The notes beneath the pieces were generated by a model. The model had not been told where the DNA came from and made no database searches. It worked only from the letters and a program-made list of their open reading frames with translations. DNA of 63,969 nucleotides, the filler included, from Gonapodya sp. JEL0774 (Eukaryota): the NCBI GenBank assembly GCA_027604505.1. It is 29 parts of 29 records of this genome, joined end to end, with 100 filler letters (N's around TTAATTAATTAA, not from the genome) between each part and the next. Parts side by side here need not be neighbours in the genome. Positions count along the whole stretch, not along the records: positions 22,178 to 24,291 come from JADIIX010002233.1; positions 24,392 to 26,504 come from JADIIX010002234.1; positions 26,605 to 28,717 come from JADIIX010002235.1; positions 28,818 to 30,929 come from JADIIX010002236.1; positions 31,030 to 33,139 come from JADIIX010002237.1; positions 33,240 to 35,346 come from JADIIX010002238.1; 23 more parts are not named here. One strand, 5' to 3'. The translations under genes and the position numbers were made by a program. This document shows, in pieces, positions 24,213-35,446 of this stretch (its first letter is position 1; each line of letters starts with the position of its first letter).

Positions 24213-24291
24213 TTAGGGTTAGGGTTAGGGTTAGGGTTAGGGTTAGGGTTAGGGTTAGGGTTAGGGTTAGGGTTAGGGTTAGGGTTAGGGT
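24213..24291 (+). repeat. Telomeric repeat (TTAGGG)13 at fragment end
   Basis: 13 perfect TTAGGG units; the G-rich strand runs to the 3' end of the fragment. Confidence 0.95.
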
Positions 24292-24391
24292 NNNNNNNNN
24301 NNNNNNNNNNNNNNNNNNNNNNNNNNNNNNNNNNNTTAATTAATTAANNNNNNNNNNNNNNNNNNNNNNNNNNNNNNNNNNNNNNNNNNNN

Positions 24392-26459
24392 GTTGGGCAA
24401 GTTCATATCCCGTGACTACCGGGGGATATTCGGCCTCTTTCGGTGGAATCTCACCCTCGGGATCTTGAACGGGCGTTGTTTTGTCCATCGTGTTCTCGAT
24501 CACCTCACTAATCCGCGGTGTTGCTACCCCGTTCAACTCCCTATTCTCTACGTCTGCGCATCGTCCTTCTAGCGTTCTGCTATTGCTCTCTTCTCGACGG
24601 ACTTTCAGCGGGAGAGTACTGCATTTGCCATTCGCAGATACCGTAATAGTGAGTGCATCGAAGTCTATTTTGGCTCTTGCGGCGTGCAGCCATTCGTTGC
24701 CAATCAGCACCTTGAACCCTTTTGATTTCACAACGTAGATGTCCACTCGAATTCCCACGTCTCCTATTTGGATCAGCGATCCGCGGGCAATGGCAACTAC
24801 TTCTCCAAGTGCCTCGCCGGATGTGTGATATGGGATGGGACGATCAACCTTTGCGCATTTCAGGTTGTATTCTTCCGCCGTGTCAATTGTTGCGATCGTG
24901 TTTGTTGCGCCCGTATCCACAATGAAACTTCCATCTTTCCCATTCAGCTTCCCTTTGACCTTCGCGGTGCCGTATTTCCCACTTGCAACCACCTGAGTTG
25001 TCGTTGGTGCTGGTTTGTTCTCTACATCAGCGTGGCTGGCTTCGGCAAGAGGTTCTCGTGGGATATAATCGTATAAGGTGTGTTTGACATCATTGAGCAT
25101 TGTTGGTTTAAGTTGGATCACCTCGAGAAGGGTGGCATTTGCCGGAGTTTCCGAGAGGGCCTTGATGATATCGTACTCATGTGGCTTCCGACGTTTCTTA
25201 GGTGTAGGTTTTCGAGCACGGTTCTGCTCAGGAATGGGAGCGGGTGGCGGCGGAGGTGCTGCAGCTGCAGGACCGCCTTGAGCTCCAGCAGGTGGATTGC
25301 GGCGGATGTTGTATCGTCGGCGAGCAGGTACGTTGTCCATTTCAATGTCGGAAGGGAACGCACCGCGAGATATCTTGCGAGCACGGTGGCGATCATCACC
25401 CTCATCTCGAGAGCTTCCCTCCTCGTGGCTTCTCTTCACAAATGCTTTAACACGTTCTGTCCATTCCTCCTCCCAGGAGTCCCCTTCATCATCGCTGTCG
25501 TACTCCGAGTGATCGTAGTCTTGCTCATAGTCGGAGTCGTCTAAGTTCAGGAGACGAACAGTAGGTTTACCACTCTTGCGAGGGTTCCATTCGTCGGTGT
25601 CGTAGTCACTTTCTACATAAGCTCGGTTCAGTGATAACCGTTCCAATCTTTTTGCCAGGTCACTATCCGTTCCTCTGCCTCTACCATCGCTCTCATGACT
25701 GCGGCCTCCAGACGGTTGTTGTCGAGAGTCAGCATTTGGGCGACGGTTGTAGTTATCGCGGTTGTTGAAGTTTACCGGGATACTGTTGGGGTTGTTATTG
25801 GGACGGAACGGAGGTTGCCATGGTCTCTTAGTCTGATAATTAGCTCTATTATCACGACTATCATTGTAAGAACGAGGTACATCATTACGAGGTGGACCGT
25901 CGTAATTAAATTGAGCTCCTCTTGGCCGAGAGTCGAATGCTGTGGGTGGTGCCTGATCGGAAAAACTTTCAGCCACTGTTCGAATGGCCGAAATAGCAGA
26001 AGCTAGAGATGTAGGCGCCATCATACGCACATATGGTTGGAGACGATGCTGAAGACCACTGATAAGAAGTGCTACCTTCGTGCTCTCTGTTGCTTCGTCA
26101 CCGAGATAATCGAGAATGTCGAGTTTGTCGTTCAAATATCTATCAACCGGTTCGTTGGGGAACTGTAAGCGGTTCATGGCATGTTGTAAGAGGTTCTGTT
26201 GCCAGTTGCTTCCCCTGAATTCTTCTAGGAAGGCGGTTTTGAACAGGGCCCAAGAGTTCCGGATCTCCTCAGTGAGCCTCCCTTGATACCACCTCCAAGC
26301 ATCACCCTCAAAATGAAGCGGTGCATGCAAACACTTATCCTCGTCTGTATATTTTGCAGCGCGAGCTGCGAGTTCGAACTTGTTCATCCAGTCCCGGTGG
26401 CGGGATGGGCTGCCGTCGAAATCTGGGGCAATCCGCTTGAAGTCGCGATTGCTGGACAT
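24392..26459 (-). mobile_element. Ty3/gypsy-type gag-protease polyprotein, partial
   Basis: Gag-like FDGS...EGDAWRWY...SWALFKTAFLEEF...Q.PNEPVDRY; aspartic protease FIVDTGATNTI and VLIGNEWL in the same frame. Confidence 0.9.
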
Positions 26460-26604
26460 AGCGATGGAATACGGTTCGATTCCTATCTAAAAACAAAAGA
26501 AAAANNNNNNNNNNNNNNNNNNNNNNNNNNNNNNNNNNNNNNNNNNNNTTAATTAATTAANNNNNNNNNNNNNNNNNNNNNNNNNNNNNNNNNNNNNNNN
26601 NNNN

Positions 26605-28200
26605 GACACAACAACGCCGAACATCCACCCCATACCAACAAACATCAGTGCGGCACCACATATACCAATCAAGCCAGTCAAATTGAGACCTCCCAATTCG
26701 GGGCTCGTGGTACTGGTTCGGTCGGTCAAATTGACATGACTGAAGGCCGGGGAGTTTGTAAAGAGGCGCTCAGGTGTTGTAAACGACGTCAGTACAGTAT
26801 CAAAAAGGTAGACAGTTGAGTCTAGCCGTGAATTTGGAGTATGGCGTCCGGACCATAAGGCCAGATACGAAGGTGAGGAGGACGAGTTCGTGGGGGTACG
26901 TGACAGCCCCGCGAGCCCTCCATACTGCATCCTTGCAGGCGGAATGTCGACACCGGTCAGAGGTAAGGACGTCCACCGAAGTGTATCGGGTAGTCCAGAG
27001 CCATCGAGCAGCATGGCATCCCCGTACAAGGCACCCGTATCCCAATTTGCACCCCCGAATAAAAGTGCGTGGGTGGAGTTGATCGAGGCGAGTGAGGCGT
27101 CTGAACGCGATAATGGGGATTCACCGAGAATTCTCGGGGAAGAAAACATCAGCTTGGTAGGGTGGAGGATAATGCAGGTGGAGGATGGAGGCAGGAATAC
27201 CGACGGCGCACCTAAGCAGGAGACGAAGAAGCTGCGACATGAAAGGGGGGTGTTAACGTGATAGAGCGTTAGAGCAAATGACGACTTACAATCTCTTACC
27301 TGTTGAGCATGATTGACGAACCGCCCATTACCATTCCGGACATGAAATTCGAGGTATCGTTTGAGGCAGGTGAATTGCTCGCAGCAGTCGTCAGTCGACT
27401 ACCGTTCTGAGTCACTTCGGAAAAATTGTAAACAGCTGAAACTGGAATTGGTTCCCATTTTGCAGATCTGTCCATTAAATTGGCAGACCTGGAGCCAAGT
27501 CTCAGAGCCCAAACCACATCCTGTTCCCTCCCGGACTCCGTAATCCCGCCGAACACCATAACCGACTCAGTAACTGGATCATACGCACAAGACGCTACAG
27601 CGCGTGGAAGAGGTGTTGGTGACCCCTCAGCAAACTGAACGGGAGAGAATGTGGAGGTGGATGCATTGAGCCACCATGCAAGGGGGTACGAGCGAGGATA
27701 GTATGTCGGCACTTCAGAGTTCAATGATCGTGCACCAAAGAGTACCAGTATCAAGCCATGTACCCCGAGTGCGCAGTGGCCAGACAACGCTGGTGCATTG
27801 AATTGTAAATCCGTTGATGACGGTGTCCGTTCCTCATACCATCTGGGCATCTGCTCAATGAACCCATCAGCTCGCACTCTTCCAGTGCTGAGTTCCAAGG
27901 TACTCGCGTAGAAGTACACGGAGCCCGAGCTCGAGCCGAGTGCTGATCCATTCTGCGCGAGGCGAGTTCCACCAACCACCACCAGCTCCGAGCCCGAAAC
28001 TGCTGATATGGAGTGGCTGAAAAGAGGCGGGGGTGCATCGATGGTCTCGCGACTTGCGGAAACGGATTCCAGAAAAGAAGTCACAAATGTGCAGAAGCCT
28101 GCCAGGACTGCTCCCTTTGAAATAACGCGCCAAACCCGAATGAAACTAAGACGAGTCCGGCCATCACGCGACGTTCTATCCTTGCTCCATCCTGTATTGA
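26605..28200 (-). CDS. Kelch-repeat protein with a C-terminal transmembrane helix
   Basis: LVVVGG, ILVLFG, VMVFGG and LLFGG Kelch motifs; hydrophobic LIGICGAALMFVGMGWMFGVVV. Confidence 0.7.
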
Positions 28201-29338
28201 AATTTTTGTGAGAGCGGGCCGCGCAACAGGTTGTCCCTGAACGTTCCATTTTCTGGGTCATCGCGCAAACGCCCTCCGCCGCAATCGCAGAAGCTTCCTC
28301 GCTTCCTGCGCGCTCGCCAAGACCTAAGACAACCATGTCACTCTTGCTCAACTATATCTCCGGGAGAGCGATAACTGAGAGGGTCAAGGGATTGTACCAG
28401 GTCTCAGGTTCCTCCGGTTTTAGATCAATGCCTTTTCGGGTCAAATTGACCACCTAAAGTGGAGCACTGTATTCCTTTTATTGAGATTTTGCTGGAGATA
28501 ATCCGTCCCCATTCTACCAATAAGACTCCGGTGGCCGTGTATGTGATATGTCGAGTCAGGTAATATCCGGTCCCAATCTCCCCCACGAAATACATTATAC
28601 AATCCTACAGGACCAGTCTGTTCCATCACCGCTTTTGGTGAAGCAAATCTAAAGTACGTTCTTCCGCTTCGGTTCGGATATCTGGCGTCAATTCAGGATG
28701 TCCGGCCAGTTGCACAGNNNNNNNNNNNNNNNNNNNNNNNNNNNNNNNNNNNNNNNNNNNNTTAATTAATTAANNNNNNNNNNNNNNNNNNNNNNNNNNN
28801 NNNNNNNNNNNNNNNNNGGGATTGGAGCGGTTGAAGCAGAAAAAGAAAGAAGGAAAGATAAATTCTTTGGTGTGTTCGAGTCTGAGAGATTCGAGTTGAT
28901 TGATAAGGGGGAGGAAGCAATGTGTGGCGCGGTCCTTTGACCAAAGTGCAACTCAGCGCGATTCGCACTGACCATTCCGTGATGATCGCACGCTCGAGAC
29001 ATATTTTACTTCTGGCGTTATTTGGCATTGGAATGAAAGTGAGTATCTCTTGGGTCGTAAAATCCAATGGGAAGCTACCGTATGTCTCATGTCTTGCATT
29101 TTAGTTTGTAATGTCACTCTAGAATAGCAACCTGCTGCTTTATGGAATGATAAGAGGCAAAAAATAACTCTTTGCAAGCTGACCAATTTCGAATATGTGC
29201 AGTCCAGATGTTTGGGTTATCGCCTTTGTTTGCTAATGTTTTTTGTCCGCCTGATGTTGTGCGTGGGTCATCCATGTTCGCGTCATCCTGAAATCACTCA
29301 CGCGGACAAAAAACACTACTCTCTAAGCAGTTTCCCTC

Positions 29339-29983
29339 ATGTCTGTCGCCGATCGTCTCATCACTCTCAACGTTGGTGGGACACTCTTCACTACACTCTT
29401 CTCCACCCTCACCTCTCCTCGCGAACCCAACTCTCTCTTCCGGAAGATGTTCATCGACCACGCAGAAAGGCTCGATCCTGGTGTTAAGGACAAAGACGGC
29501 AATGTGTTTCTGGATAGAAATCCGAGATGTTTTGAGGTGGTGCTCGAATGGATGAGAACGGGGGAGGTGGAGGAGAACGTCGGGTTGCCGGTCACTTCAG
29601 AGGTCGATTTGGCTACACAGTCAGTCACTTACAAGAAGATCCAAAGCGAGGCGAGTTACTTTGGACTCGATGGTCTTGTCAAGGAAATCGATACCCTCGT
29701 GAAGACAGGTGGGGTGCAGTTCCAACAAACGACGTATCTCTGCTTTGAACCCGGTCACCCTAGGGGGAGCCTCTACGAGATGCAAGCTATGGTGGAAAGA
29801 AATAAGGGGGATGTCTCACTGGAAGTACTCCGCCAACTCATACTGTCAAGGGCCGTGATGCCGGTCGAGGTCCCTTCGAAAAGGTTGGGAGATTTGATCG
29901 CAAATTCACGTATGGTTGGCATGATCGATAAAACCGAGGGAATAACCGGAGGACTCAAGTTGATTTTCTTCGAGAAGGTGTGA
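29339..29983 (+). CDS. BTB/POZ (KCTD/T1-type) domain protein
   Basis: LITLNVGGTLFTT...FLDRNPRCFEVVLEWMRTG...EASYFGLDGL; complete intronless ORF. Confidence 0.9.
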   Translation: MSVADRLITLNVGGTLFTTLFSTLTSPREPNSLFRKMFIDHAERLDPGVKDKDGNVFLDRNPRCFEVVLEWMRTGEVEENVGLPVTSEVDLATQSVTYKKIQSEASYFGLDGLVKEIDTLVKTGGVQFQQTTYLCFEPGHPRGSLYEMQAMVERNKGDVSLEVLRQLILSRAVMPVEVPSKRLGDLIANSRMVGMIDKTEGITGGLKLIFFEKV

Positions 29984-31029
29984 TAGCTACGGTGAACCGT
30001 GAGAAACTTTTCGAACATCAGCGCTGGAGCGATTATCATGAATAAGTGGGAAAATAGGAACATGTCATGTGGAAGGGAGTTTGAGTGCTATACAATTTTT
30101 GAATATCGTCTTCCTCTTTCGTTGCTTGAGGTGTCGAAAATACGTATCGCAGGAATCTGAGTCCGTCACATGCCCGTCGTACGTCATCGCAAACAACAAC
30201 ACTCCCTTCCATTCTTACGCATGCCGCTCCAGATCTCTCATTATCTCCGACATGTTCAATTGTCCCATCAATCTCAACGTGGTACCCTCTCGCCACCGAA
30301 CTCACCACGCACCGAGAACCTCAAGAGCTAGTCACCATCTGTTTCACAAAAACGTACTGCCACTGCGCGTGCAAATGTCGATTTCACGATTCTAGACGGT
30401 ATCTAGAGGAAATGGGGCGTCCGTTCGAACTCGATAATAATGTTGCCGCGGTCGTGTTCTTGTGTGGTTCTGATCTGCTCGGTCCACGATGACATCACGA
30501 CGGAGAAAACGAAACGGAATGTCATTTCTACATGATGAAATCAGACCCACCCGCGTGAAGCCGCTTGCATTTGTGACCTGGGTGCTCCAACAGAACCCTC
30601 TGTTGTTCCCGTTCCCCAACGACGCACCGTTTGCAGACCGGGTGTCCGAACAGTGCCGTTCGCACTAGCTGTGGGTGGACTGGTTCACGGGTCCAGAAAG
30701 TGTCGGAACGGGCTGGAAAGGACCGGCGTGTGGCAGTTGGTTCTGGGGTAGGTCACTGGAAGCAAAAGTCACGAATGCGGGTTTGTTTGGGATCACGGAA
30801 ACAATATGGAGCGCAGAAAGTTCCGAAAATGAACGGCTCTAACATGGTATGTATCGGTGGCCTTTGACTCTGATGGCAGTTGAGAAGGATCAGTTGGTTG
30901 CTTCCTCAGGCGCCATCGCTTGCTGTTGANNNNNNNNNNNNNNNNNNNNNNNNNNNNNNNNNNNNNNNNNNNNTTAATTAATTAANNNNNNNNNNNNNNN
31001 NNNNNNNNNNNNNNNNNNNNNNNNNNNNN

Positions 31030-31693
31030 GTCATCGATATGCTTTACGTACGTATTTTCCTAGCCGATTTAATACTCTCGCTGTCATCCTTTTTCGGTTC
31101 AGTCGCGATGCTTATGCATGATGGAATGCCGACCCAAGTCACCTGTGATTTTACTGGAGCATTCAATGTCGGTAGTGCTGCAAATAAAATAGGGATCATG
31201 GGTCTTATGGGTGAGTGGGAGCGTCGGCCCCGTATTTTAACTTGGGGGCTGAATGCTGATTTAAGTTGATTGCAAGCGTTTGAGCGTTAGACAGCGATCT
31301 GCCGACAAAGCGATACCTCTATACACTGGAGATAGGATTTGTGCGCCGCTCTCTTTGGCTGATGTTGGTGTTCCTCCTCGGGACATCACAAGGCAGCGAT
31401 ACCGCTCAAGAATTTGTCTCCAAGGACGTCACCCTCATCCTTGAAATTGAAAGATATCAGGCTAGCACTGCCATCTTTCACTGTTGCCGCAGTGTATGGT
31501 CGGTTTTCCCTTCCAGGACTCATCAAAATCTTGTACGAGGCCGTCTCAGATCAAAGTAATTGACCCGACGGTGGTTGGCGTGACAACTCTCTTCGTGGTT
31601 GTGCATATGTTCAGTGACCCGATGCTCATTACATGGCTGGATGGAAGATTGAGGAAGTCTTTAATGGACATGATACGCCTTGGGCAAAAATGA
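31030..31693 (+). pseudogene. Rhodopsin-class (class A-like) GPCR pseudogene, copy 1
   Basis: IFLADLIL (TM2), TCD (TM3 Cys), AFER* (TAG at 31288-31290), further in-frame stops, TM7-like SDPMLITWLDGRLRKSL. Confidence 0.75.
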
Positions 31694-32157
31694 TGTTGGA
31701 TTGACTTTTCTGGTAGAAGATGGGCTATCCAATCTCATTGCTAAATGTGACCAGAGGGAAGGAACACGGCGATCTACTACTATGGTAATAGCAGTTCACG
31801 TATGATCAAGAATTGGGTTTCGAAACTGTGCGAGAACAGCGGCCATGAATCTTAGTCGTTTCGGCCACTATAAGTACGTAAGTGACACATGAACACGAAA
31901 ATGATTCGTGATCATCGTCAAAGGGAAATGTACGTCTTTAGACAGAGTAAAGTATAAACTATTTCACAGAAGTATCACAAACTATGCTGATCGCAAGAAT
32001 AGTTCTTCCCGTGCTCTTAATGCAGTTGCACTGTACTATACAGGCCCATTTCTTCTCACGGTTGTGCCTTCAACATCTCCGATCGTCCTCTCTTTGCTTC
32101 AAATTTTATTCTTGCACCGATATCTAACCAAGTATCTCCGGATATACTCGCAAACGC

Positions 32158-33139
32158 ATGAGCGCTGATCCGGGGGAGCACCTTCTGGATGGTGCGCACC
32201 TCGACGCCCAAACCCGACCGTTTGCCATCACAGTTCTGGTGATCAGTGGCGCAGGAGTTGTGGATACTCCGGTGCTGATGGTAAATGCAGTAAGAGCAAT
32301 GGTAATGATGGTAATTACCAACTACCCACAAGAGGCAAGAATAACCTGATCTGAGATCTCCCGCAGGCGATATCCAAAATCATTGATCTTCTTTACATAA
32401 ATATTTTTCTCGCGGACTGGCTCATGTCTCTTTCGTACTTTGTCGCGTCTTGGGCCATCCTAGCAAACGATGGGATGCGCAATCAATTTCTGTGCGATGC
32501 CACTGCAACGGTTCTCGTAGCAGGTGCATCGACTGCAATCTGGTTTTTGGGTCTTATTGGTGAGTGAAAGCACAACTGATGATCCATGGTTCATTCAAAT
32601 ATGTTTTTGTGGGTTCATCAAGCGTTTGAGCGATATTCCACCATCTGCAAACAAAACAACACTTCTCTGCACCGTACACCTTATCTGGCCGCTGCTTTTT
32701 TTGGATGGTGTTGGTGTTTCACGATGGTTGGAAGCGTGGTGGCTGTTGAACGCATGGGACTCGATACATTTCCAATTGTGAGATTCTGAGCTTTTAGTTG
32801 ATGGGCTGATGACACCACTTTGAATCATTTCCATGATCAATTCTTGCACCTTCTAATATGATTGCAGATCTGTCAACCAAATTTCAGTTCACGCAACATG
32901 CTTCAGCAAGGGCGATTTTCCGTCGGATACCTTATCTCAATAGCAGGAAGCACCATGATTGGATTCTGCTACACGTCAATCACTCGAAAAGTTTTCAAGT
33001 GTATTCGAACATTAGGATCGTCATGGAAAGCATAACGGATGAGTGCACCTTGCCATCGGAGCGTGCAGGTGAAAGCGTTGAGCATCAGAGCACGCAAAAG
33101 CAATCGCGAGCCATCACCTATCCAATCATCGCTGCCACT
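32158..33139 (+). CDS. Rhodopsin-class (opsin-like) GPCR, copy 2, TM1 to start of TM6
   Basis: Spliced: TM1; LYINIFLADWLM; LCD; AFERYSTICK; GWCW (TM4 Trp); ICQP (ECL2 Cys); MIGFCYTSITRKV (TM5). Confidence 0.75.
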
Positions 33140-33239
33140 NNNNNNNNNNNNNNNNNNNNNNNNNNNNNNNNNNNNNNNNNNNNTTAATTAATTAANNNNN
33201 NNNNNNNNNNNNNNNNNNNNNNNNNNNNNNNNNNNNNNN

Positions 33240-35346
33240 TCAGATTGCCGTATTTGGTGCTGAGTTTCAAGAGAAACTAGCTCGAGTCAAGGAGTTTCTT
33301 GTAGGATCCGGAGCAACTGGCTGTGAAGTGCTTATAAACTGGGCCATGATGGGTGTAGGAGGAGGTCCGCGCGGAAAGGTGTTCGTCACCGACATGGACA
33401 CGATAGCAACATCCAACCTGAACCGCTACTGTCTGTTTCGACCGTGGGACGTTGGTAAGCTGAAGTCAAGCACAGCGGTTGCTGCAATGATCTCCATGAA
33501 CCCTGACATGAGCGGTAGTGCAACTGCTTTCACGGAAAGCCTGTCCGTCGACAGCGAGAGCAGATTTAATGATGTGTTTTGGGGTGCACTGACGGGTGTG
33601 ACAACAGCATTGGACAATGTGGAAGCTCGGAGGTACGTCGACAGGAGGTGTGTGTTGTTTCGGAAAAGGCTGTTGGAGTCCGGCATGCTGGGAACAAAAG
33701 GAAGCACGCAGGTGAGTTGGGTTGATCGATGAGAAAATGATGATCGCTCTGGATAATGTTCCGAGACTTTTAGGTAGTATTACCGGATCTCACAGAGGCA
33801 TACTCGTCTTCGCAAGATCCGCCTGAGACCCAGTTTAAGCTCGATCACAAAGTCTCGCACTTCCTGTACCTGAATGAGCACACAATCGACTGGGCTTTAT
33901 ATCTCTTCGATGCATATTTTCGAAGCTCCCCGGAGAATGTCAATTCGTTCTTGAATACAAGCCTCGCCAACGAAGCAGCATTCACTGTCGCATCGTTGCA
34001 GAGTCTTCCAAACCCACACATGACTCCAGAAGAAACTCTTGATGATCTAAAATCTCATTTGATTACCCAGAGGCCGCTGGGATTCTGCGACTGTGTTACG
34101 TGGGCACGGATGCAGTTTGAGGTGCACTTCTGCAACAGGATCCGGCAGACGTTGAGTGACTTTCCAAAGGATGCGTCGACTTCTTCAGGAATCCAATTCT
34201 GGTCTGGTCTCAAAAAAGTCCCGAATCCTATTATTTTCAATTCAGAGAACGTGTGTACAGCCGTGAATGTGCGAATTATTGCGTGTTTCTAACAAAGAGG
34301 TTGCGACAGCTACTGCATCTCGATTTTATAATTGCTGCCGCCAAACTGCGCGCATTCAACTACAACATAAACGTAGAAACTGACGAGGTGAACTACTACA
34401 AAGAACTGGTGTCGTCCAAGAACCTGGTCGTTCCAGTGTTTGAACCCGAGGTGTGGCGTGAACATGAGGAGGTTCCCGAAAACGCAACTGGTACGCAAGA
34501 ATGGGGGCAGACGTGTGTTTGCTTTCAAACTAAATTTTAAGTTGGAAATCAGAAGTACTCGAGCACGAACTGGCTATGTTCATCAAGGATCTTCGTGCGC
34601 AGACGGCTCAGATGTCGGACAAGCACCTCCACCCGGTGCACTTGGAGATAGACGACAGCACTAACGGCCATCTTGATTTCATCACTGCTGCCTCCAATCT
34701 TCGTGCCACCAACTTTCGCATTCCGATTGCCGACCGTCGCAGAACCAAGCGCATCGCTGGAAATTTGCTCCCTGCCATCGTGACCACAACCGCCGTCGTC
34801 GCTGGTCTGACATGCCTTGAGCTGTACAAGGCAGTTGATGGGAAACAGAAGTCGGACGACTATAAGAATGGGTTTCTAAACCTTGCCCTACCATTTGTGG
34901 GGTTCTCGGCACTTGTCGCTGCGCGAACGTTCAAGGTCAGTTATTTCGATCCCAAGATGACCCAGTAACTCACTCATGGTCCCTGTGCGTTTTGTTCAGT
35001 ACAACAATAGCGAGTTTACCCTGTGGGACCGCATCGAGTTCCATCAAGAACCAACTTTGCAGGAGCTTCTTGACTTCTTCCGGAAGGAACACGAGCTCGA
35101 AGTTACAATGATCAGTTTTGGGGTCAGCGTTCTGTATTCGATATTTTTCTCAAAGAAACACCAGGCGCGGAAATCGATGAAGTGAGATATGAACCTATGG
35201 TGCACTTGTGATGGTATCGAGGGTGTATATGTTAAACCTCCCCGTGCTCCAATTTCGATCACAGGATATCGGAAATTGTCGAGACGGTGACAAAGAAGCC
35301 GATACCTTCACACGTTAGCAGCCTTGTATTGGAGTTGTTGGCGGAC
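33240..35346 (+). CDS. UBA1: Ubiquitin-activating enzyme E1 (UBA1)-like divergent paralogue, partial
   Basis: [81 protein letters not shown]; several GT-AG introns. Confidence 0.92.
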
Positions 35347-35446
35347 NNNNNNNNNNNNNNNNNNNNNNNNNNNNNNNNNNNNNNNNNNNNTTAATTAATT
35401 AANNNNNNNNNNNNNNNNNNNNNNNNNNNNNNNNNNNNNNNNNNNN

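Noticed and set aside
24087..24347. GLGLGL and RVRVRV ORFs
   Set aside because: Translations of the telomeric repeat.
19964..26504. Apparent cluster of gag, Harbinger, telomere and gypsy as one locus
   Set aside because: These are three separate contigs, adjacent only because of length sorting.
31288..31290. Stop-codon recoding (TAG at the Tyr of ERY)
   Set aside because: Additional TAG/TGA stops and a deletion in the same copy indicate a pseudogene; other genes here end normally at TAG.
33240..35346. Ubiquitin-system gene cluster (E1, BTB and F-box genes nearby)
   Set aside because: The genes are on different contigs, so there is no evidence of linkage.
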